Source: Octopus sinensis (lineage: Eukaryota). Taken from it: a stretch of DNA of 64,000 nucleotides. The position numbers and the translations under genes are program-made. The first letter of the stretch is position 1; every line of letters starts with the position of its first letter. Under the pieces are notes generated by a model that saw nothing but the letters and a program-made list of their open reading frames with translations, did not search any database and had not been told where the DNA came from. Shown piece after piece: positions 56,879-64,000 of the stretch. The stretch is from NCBI RefSeq assembly GCF_006345805.1, contig NC_043007.1:42408001-42472000 (forward strand), written 5' to 3'.

Positions 56879-57329
56879 GTAAGTATGGTCATTGAGTGTT
56901 TTGTTATCTAGAGAGAGAGAGAGAAAGAGAGAGCGGGGAGAGACAGACAGACAGACCAAGGCAGATAGACAGATGAATAAAGGTATAATACATTGTACCG
57001 GGAGGAAAAGAAGTACAGAGAAAATATAACAGAAATGCAACAGTGATGCAACAATGCCAGAGAAAAGATGCAATAGATAAACAATAAATGTAATGTAGGC
57101 ACTCAATTGGTGCACAGTAGTGGTATTCCAAAAATACTGCAAAATAACCATAAAAAGGCACTAAAGATGCAATAAAGGTCCAATGAGTGTACACTGGAGA
57201 CAAGAGGGGTATCTTTTTCTGTGAAATCAATAAAATTTTGTTCACCTTAAAGGGAATAGAGAATCAGATATCAAGGTTGCTATTTCTAAGTGCTTAGGTT
57301 CATGTGCACACCTCTACTATGATGAGTCA

Positions 57330-57546
57330 TATGAGGGGGTGCTGAAAAGTTTCTAGCTTTAAGGGTATCACATAAGGCCTAGTAGGAAGCCCAGCCTTCC
57401 AAGTTTTTTTTACAAGGCTTAGAAAAAGTGAAGGACTGCTACAAAAGTGTGTGAATCTGAAAGGGGAATATGTTGAATAAAATCATAACTGATCTTCCTA
57501 TATTTTCTTTTACTGAGATCCAGAGACTTTACAGCATCCCCTTGTA
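57330..57546 (+). mobile_element. Internally deleted mariner (MITE-like); partial second copy at ~58465-58610
   Basis: TA-flanked imperfect TIRs tgagggggtgctgaaaagt / actttacagcatccccttg; retains the transposase 3' end (..KCVNLKGEYVE*). Confidence 0.78.
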
Positions 57547-59949
57547 CTGCATGCAGTGAATGCATACAAAGCTGCTTAACTCAATAGCATTTTTTAATGC
57601 ACTCTCTAAAGTGCAGCCAAATCTCTCTCATTGGAAGGGGACATTGGATAATATTGTCCTCTAAACAGTATTCCTGAAAATAAAATGGAATAATCATAGC
57701 TGGAATGTCCTTGATCATAAAACCACTGGTTTAAGGCTCACTTGGAGTTAAGCAACACCTTGTCTCCCACTCAGGAAATAGACTGCGGGTGATAGCTGCT
57801 ACCAAACAGTCAGTTTTAACAACTATGAAAAGCAATCATCCAATTGCATTCATCAAATCAAGTTCAAGGTCCTAGTCCACTTAATATCTAGTATTTCCAT
57901 CAACCTCAACCAAATAGTATCAATGGTACTTCACATTACTGGCCCATTTAAAAGTAAGAAATGGATATTTCTAAATGCATTTTGTTAACTGCAATTCAGT
58001 ATTCAAAATTGTCATGCCAATAAAATTGCCTTGAAGTTTCAAAACCTTGGCTTAATAATTTTAGTATACAGCTTGGTTTTCATTTTCTGATAAATCTCCC
58101 ACAAAGATTGCTCTTGTGTGCTGGGAGCTTTAAAAATACTTAGAGCTTTCTTCATTGATCTATTTCGGCTTTTTATCTTTTACTTGTTTCAGTCATTGAA
58201 CTGCAGCTATGCTGAAGCACTCCCTTGAAGGGTTTAGTCAAACAACTTAACCTCAGTACTTATTTCTTTAAGCCTGTTATTTATTTATTCTGTTAGTCTA
58301 CTTTGCTAAACTGCAAACAAAGTTACAGGGATGTAAACAAATTGCCATTGATTGTCAAGTGGTGACAAGGACAACACACAGACACACACACATATATGTA
58401 TACACACACACACACAAATGTATGTGAGTATATGTGTATGCACACACACACACGAATATTACCACAAGGGAGTGGTGAAAAGTTCCTGATGTTAAGGTTA
58501 TTGCGAAAGGCCTGGAAGGAGGCCCAATCTTCTGAATTCCTTTACATGGCTTAGAAAAAAATGACGGACCACTGCAATAAGAGTGTGAATATGAGAGGGG
58601 AATATGTTGCTATTCCTAGCATGCCCTGCCACCATGTAACAGCTATTTGCAATAAAGGACCCGACATACCTGTTATGTGGTAGCAGGGCATGCAAGAAAT
58701 AGCATCTTCCCTTTTCTGGGGAAAGGAGCTGTTTGTGTGTGACTTCTATGTTACATTCATTGAAAATATGCGAAATAACATGAAAAAGAAAAAAGAACCC
58801 ACAAAACAAAACCCTGTTGCTGGAAAACCTAAACCTAGACTTCCTTGGTGACCTAACGGGTCATGGGTAGTCTACTATATATGTATATATATACATTAAT
58901 TTATAAAACAAGATGGAATGAACAGGCTTTAATCACAAATCACAACAGCTGTGTCTGTGCAATGGTAACAATTGTTAGTAGCTGAGTTTTCCATATCATA
59001 TTATTACTTAAAATATTATACAAATAATTACATAAATAAATATGATCTGGCACATCATCAGGTGAGTGGATTTGATAGCATTGTTGGATCATATTTAGTT
59101 TCCTATCATTTTATACTGTACTTGAAGCCACATGGCTGCAAAGCAAGATTCTTAACCACACAACCATGTGGTTACACTAAAGTGCTGCTTCCCCACGATA
59201 ACAGTAGAAAAAAAAATGAAAGGAAATAGAATAGAAAGCAAAAGAAGAGAGAAAAGAGAGAAATGAAAGAGAGTGTAACTGAAAACAATGTCATAGACAT
59301 TCTAAATGTGACCATCCCATCCTTTTTTGTCTGCTATAATGTGTATCTAAGACTTCATTGTCAAATGTGACTTAGTTCTTAAGAGAGCTATAGTGTGATT
59401 TAAGGGAGATTTGCAGTGGTATATGATGGTTGTCACACCTAATGTCACCAAATTTCAAGCAGGGGTATAACAAAAGTTTTCCATTAAGATTTGTAATTAA
59501 ATTAATGAGTAAGGTTAATATTTATAATGAATTTGCCATTTTTGATGGGTGTGCAGCACACACCTAACACACCTGGAATATATGACCCTGGAGATTTGTC
59601 TGGTTAAAAGTCATCATCATCATCATTTTAACATCCACTTTTCCATGCTTGCATAGGTCAGACACAATTTGTTGAGCTGGACTCTTTATAGCGTGATGCC
59701 CTTTTTATCACCAGTCTTCATGTGTTTCCAATGGCCAAACATGTTCTGGAAGATTGGAAATAAAAGATACCACTTACATGATAAGTACACTCACTTAAAA
59801 CTATCACATGATGTCAAGGCAGAGACAATAACACACACACACAAATATGCACACCCCCATATATATATAAATCTTCACAAACTGTTGCTCAGAGTCTCAG
59901 AGATAGAATATCAGCACAACTGACTGAAGAACAATCATGTGAAACTCTG

Positions 59950-60395
59950 AGTAACAGTTTATAATATAATAATAATGAAATTATTGTATACAGTGCTCAG
60001 GTGCACCACAACTTGTCAGAAAGTGCGTATAAAGTACATGCAGTAATGTAGAAATGTCTGGAAAGTGAACAGTGTATGAGTCAGATACATGCTTGTGTGT
60101 GTATGGAGGGGAGAAAATCAAGTGTAGTGTTGGCGAATCTCAGGAAGCATGGAAGTTTTGAAGGATGCAGTGCTCCGACAACTAACAACCGATGCCGGCA
60201 GTTTGTTCCATGCTTCAGCAACTCTCAGCGTGAAAAAATGTTTCCTGAAGTCATGGGAGCTGTGCTGTTTTCTTACTTTGTAAATATGTCCACGGGTGTT
60301 AGATGGGTGGAGTTTGAAGAGGTGCTCAGAGTTATTGTTTGTGCGATGGTTAATAATTTTATGGGCTTGTGAAGACATTTCAAATTTAACTTTGG
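59950..60395 (-). mobile_element. CR1-clade LINE 3' end
   Basis: Open frame with TRGHIYKV..FRKHFFTLRVAEAWNKLPASVV..SFK, the typical CR1 ORF2 C-terminus. Confidence 0.85.
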
Positions 60396-60718
60396 TAATC
60401 AAGTACTATCTTTTCTACCTTGTTTTGTATTTATGTGCTTGTGTGTGTGTAGATAAATACACACTCACACACAACACACACACTCACATGACAGGTTTCT
60501 TTCAGTTTCCAAATAACAAATTCACTCACAAGGCATTAATCAGCAAGAATAAACTCAAAACCATGTAGTTGGAAGCAAACTTCTTACCACACAGCCACAT
60601 CTGTGCCTATGAATAAATAAGAAATAATAGATTAACCTATCCATCAACTCCCAGATTAGGTTCCCTTTTTTTCCTACTTCAATTCCCAAGACTAATGCAA
60701 TGTTCATTTCATGTACAG

Positions 60719-60874
60719 AGCTAAACTTGATAAATTTGCAAAAGAAACAAAAGAAATTGAAGAAATCATCGCTCGTCAATTAAAAGAGATGATGTCAGGT
60801 CAGAAAGCTTTCCAATATAACTGTGTACAGGGCATAAACAGTTTCCCAGGAATCAACATCAATACAACATGCAG
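60719..60874 (+). CDS. SPATA17: SPATA17-like exon 6 (AKLDKFAKETKEIEE...FPGININTTC)
   Basis: gtacag acceptor and gtaagg donor, phase 2 to 2; helical charged segment ending in PGI as in IPGIYNSP. Confidence 0.85.
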
Positions 60875-62283
60875 GTAAGGAAAAGAGAGAAAAAATTTTT
60901 TTTATTAAGATCTACAGGATTTTAGAACAATGTAAACTTAAATGTTTCTTAAACCTTCAAGAGAATATTAATGGGGTTATGTTTAACTTTGTTTTTATAG
61001 TATTCAACCAGTGAGAGACACAGTTCCTCCTGGATGGAAGGCTAGTTTATTTCAGGCAACATTCCTAGATTATACTATACCAATTACAAAAGGTTTGATG
61101 ATTTGAAGTAAAGTATGCAGAATTAGGTGTATGGACTCCAAAATACATTGAAATATCTTTGATTTCAATACTTTTGAGCTGGTAATCCATTATCATATCC
61201 ACTCTACCATTTATTTCTGCAAGGCTTCATAATGCAACTGCTTATGTCTATACACTAATGTAAACTGGAGGAAAAACAAATTTTGTCCAAGATACAACAT
61301 TATTTATTTCATGTAGCATTCTCAGAAGATTTGCTACCTATTCTACACATTTAAGTGGATTGAAGTATGTAAAATTAAGTGTATTGTCAAGAAACATGCC
61401 AAGATGCCTCCAACATGTACATATGATCCATGAGTCAGTAACCAATGATATTGACTTTACTATTTTGTCTCAACAAAGACAAAAATTGTCCCATTTAAGA
61501 CTAATCCTTTCCAAACTACAAACTGGTAGGACCAGTACTCAACTGTATTTTTATATAATGTTACAGCTGATAAGGGACAAAACTCACTCTGGATAAGATG
61601 TGGTGTTACAGAAGTGAATTATATCACTCACAGTACCTACATAAAGCTAGGTGGGCTCAGTTGTTGAAATTTAAGTCTCTTGGCCATGAATAAAATGCAG
61701 CTCCAATGAAAGGACACAAACCATTGATCTCTTGCAAGATTTTCTTGTACCCTACTGACTGATATTTGTTGAGGAATTTGGTTTCAAGGAAAAAACATGC
61801 CCATGATCTTCCCAGGTTGTCCAAAACCAGTGAGATCAATAGAGTTAATGATCCTCTTGATCTCCAAAACTACGTGGTGGAGGGTTAACTCCAAAGCTAC
61901 TTAATGAAAGTTTACTACAGGACCAACTGAGAGGAAGATACGAGGTTGCAACTTATATATGGGCCCATGAATTTGCTTAGATCTCATAAAATGTTTGCAT
62001 ATATTATAATCAAGCATTAAGAGAAGGGATGGAGACCTAGAAAAAGCTTTGTATCTACTGTTAAATTTCCTTTCAAATGTGCAGATTGTTTATAAAATTA
62101 CTTTCCAGTGAAATTAAATCTGTTTTCACTGATAGAATTAAATATCTCTCACTTTCTGTTCAAAGATTTACATAATTTTTTTACGAAGTTTGAATAATTA
62201 GCAATTCTGGAGTTTCAAGTTAAGATTAAGAATTAACCAAATAGAAAGTAGATCAACTGATTTCTGCTCTTTTAATATTCAAG

Positions 62284-62413
62284 GAAATCAAAGCAAACAG
62301 AAATCTATCACTCACTTTATGATTTAAAGCAAGGCACACTCCAGATCTCCACTGATAACGGATATCAGTTAATTCCTCCAAAAACTTTGCCGCCACTTCC
62401 ACAGAAACCTCAA
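62284..62413 (+). CDS. SPATA17: SPATA17-like exon 7 (KSKQTEIYHS...TLPPLPQKPQ); gene continues beyond the window
   Basis: AAG acceptor and gtaaga donor, phase 2 to 0; LPP..K.Q end as in SPATA17 before GPF. Confidence 0.8.
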
Positions 62414-62918
62414 GTAAGACACCATTTTACTTTATTAATGTCCAATCAGGGTTCCTTCATCCAGCTCATTAATTATTATCACTTCATTTACTTATATATT
62501 ATCTTCATTGTTATGCAGAATTTGCGATGCCATTGTATTGGGTGTCACTGTAACCTTGTATAAATTTCTTGTTTAGTTGGAAAATATGATCATGTTTTGG
62601 GAAATTTTCAAAAATTTAATCTGTGTAAGAAATTATTACTTCCACTATTAAACTAAAAATTTATAATTTAGCAACTACATTCTTTTTATTAGGTTTAGAT
62701 TTAGGCAATAATGTGATCTAACTTTCCTATTGCACCTAGTAAGGCTTGTAAACTTTGGCATGATGCCTATTTGGAAAGGAGACCATTGAAACTAGGTTAT
62801 CTGTTTATTGCTGTGGTTCTCAAATTGTGTGCTGCAAAGCACTGGTGCACTCTAAATATTTAAATAAAAATATATAATTTTAGGCTTCAGAAAATTCATT
62901 CCAATATTATTTTATTCA

Positions 62919-62920
<2 letters not shown>

Positions 62921-62993
<73 letters not shown>
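62921..62993. repeat. (GT)n microsatellite; other TA, CA and ATT tracts occur throughout, e.g. 18220-18262, 21903-21944, 46284-46330, 55165-55215
   Basis: Seen directly. Confidence 0.97.
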
Positions 62994-62997
<4 letters not shown>

Positions 62998-64000
62998 ATC
63001 ATCATCATTTGACATCCACTTTCTATGTTGGCATAGGTTGGACAGTTTAACAGGAAACTGGCAAGTTTAGGGCTGCATTGTAGACTCAGGTTTGAGTTCA
63101 GTCCTACTGCATGGCACTTTGGGCAAGTGTCTTCTACTACAGCCCCAGACTGCCTTGTGGGTGAATTTGGTTGACAGAAACTGCATGGAAGACAATTGTG
63201 TGTGTGTGCTCCGCACCACTTGACAACTGATGTTGGTTTGTTTATATCCCCATAATTTAGCTGTTTGGCAAAAGGAATCAATAGAATAAGTACTAGACTT
63301 GAAAAGGAAACTAAAAACTGGGGGGTCGACCTGTTCAACTAAAAGCCATCAAGGCAATGACCCAGCATGGCTACTGTCCAAGAACTAAAAAAAATAAAAG
63401 ATACAGTCAAACAGAATCCAAAAAGACTGGTTTTGGTCTGTGTTGGCAAGATTTGTAATATTTAGTAAAGTCAACAAGAGTACAGAGAACTTGCTTTGGG
63501 AAGTGGAAAATCCAACATTTCAAAAAGAGTCTTTCTGAGTCCTTCAACAAAAGGTTGATTGGAGTGAAATTGAAGAGACAGTAAAGATTTACATTATTTA
63601 TGTTAGTAAAACTGGCTGCAACTGATAAGGAATGCAGGACCACAAGAGCTTCATACAGGAAGTAGGAAATAAAAACTGGGAAATAAAAAAAAAGTGTCAT
63701 TGTCAATTGTCATTCAGGCAGTGTCCTTTGTTTCCAGCCTACCAAGACATTTGGTCTAGGAGAAATATTATCTTCTTAGGAAACAGGTGAGGATTGGTGA
63801 CAGGAAGGGCATCCAGCTGTAGAAAATCTATCTCAACAAATTCCAGCCAACTCATGCAAGCATGGAAAAGTGTATGTTAAAACAATGATTATGATCATGA
63901 TATATATGTGTCGGTGTTTGTCTTCCACAGTACTGTTAGTTTGTTTAAATACCCATAAAGAGTTCAGTAGAATAAGTACTAGAGTCGATTTGTTTGACTA

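Noticed and set aside
62450-62560. GSFIQL frame after aatcag as the next SPATA17 exon
   Set aside because: Would need a 36-nt intron and lacks the expected GPF motif; the next exon is presumably outside the window

Overview
Eukaryotic, AT-rich, repeat-dense animal DNA, most likely an octopus (coleoid cephalopod); that assignment is my recognition of the SINE families and repeat landscape, not a database result. Three spliced genes can be rebuilt by hand from GT-AG boundaries with consistent phases. (1) The 3' end of a PACS (phosphofurin acidic cluster sorting protein) gene on + has six exons from 5762 to the stop at 16478; one donor is lost in a 100-N gap next to a ~3.8 kb (TATATG/TA)n microsatellite. 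(2) A complete 4-exon, 235-aa C2orf73/CIMIP6-like gene lies on - (44832->30794). (3) The first seven coding exons of a SPATA17-like IQ-motif gene lie on + (47746->62413), continuing beyond the window. The C2orf73-like and SPATA17-like genes are head-to-head, ~2.9 kb apart, and each carries an RFX X-box-like motif just upstream of its ATG, suggesting a co-regulated ciliary/flagellar gene pair; this is the best candidate for an undescribed system here. The rest is transposon-derived: tRNA-headed SINEs (including a head-to-tail array), decayed RTE, CR1/L2 and R4/Dong-like LINEs, a Tc1 element, mariner and Mutator-like MITEs and a non-autonomous Helitron. Two long hairpins are weak small-RNA candidates. 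No rRNA, functional tRNA or CRISPR array was found. Protein identities rest on remembered motifs and need BLAST/HMM confirmation; repeat boundaries are approximate unless termini are quoted.
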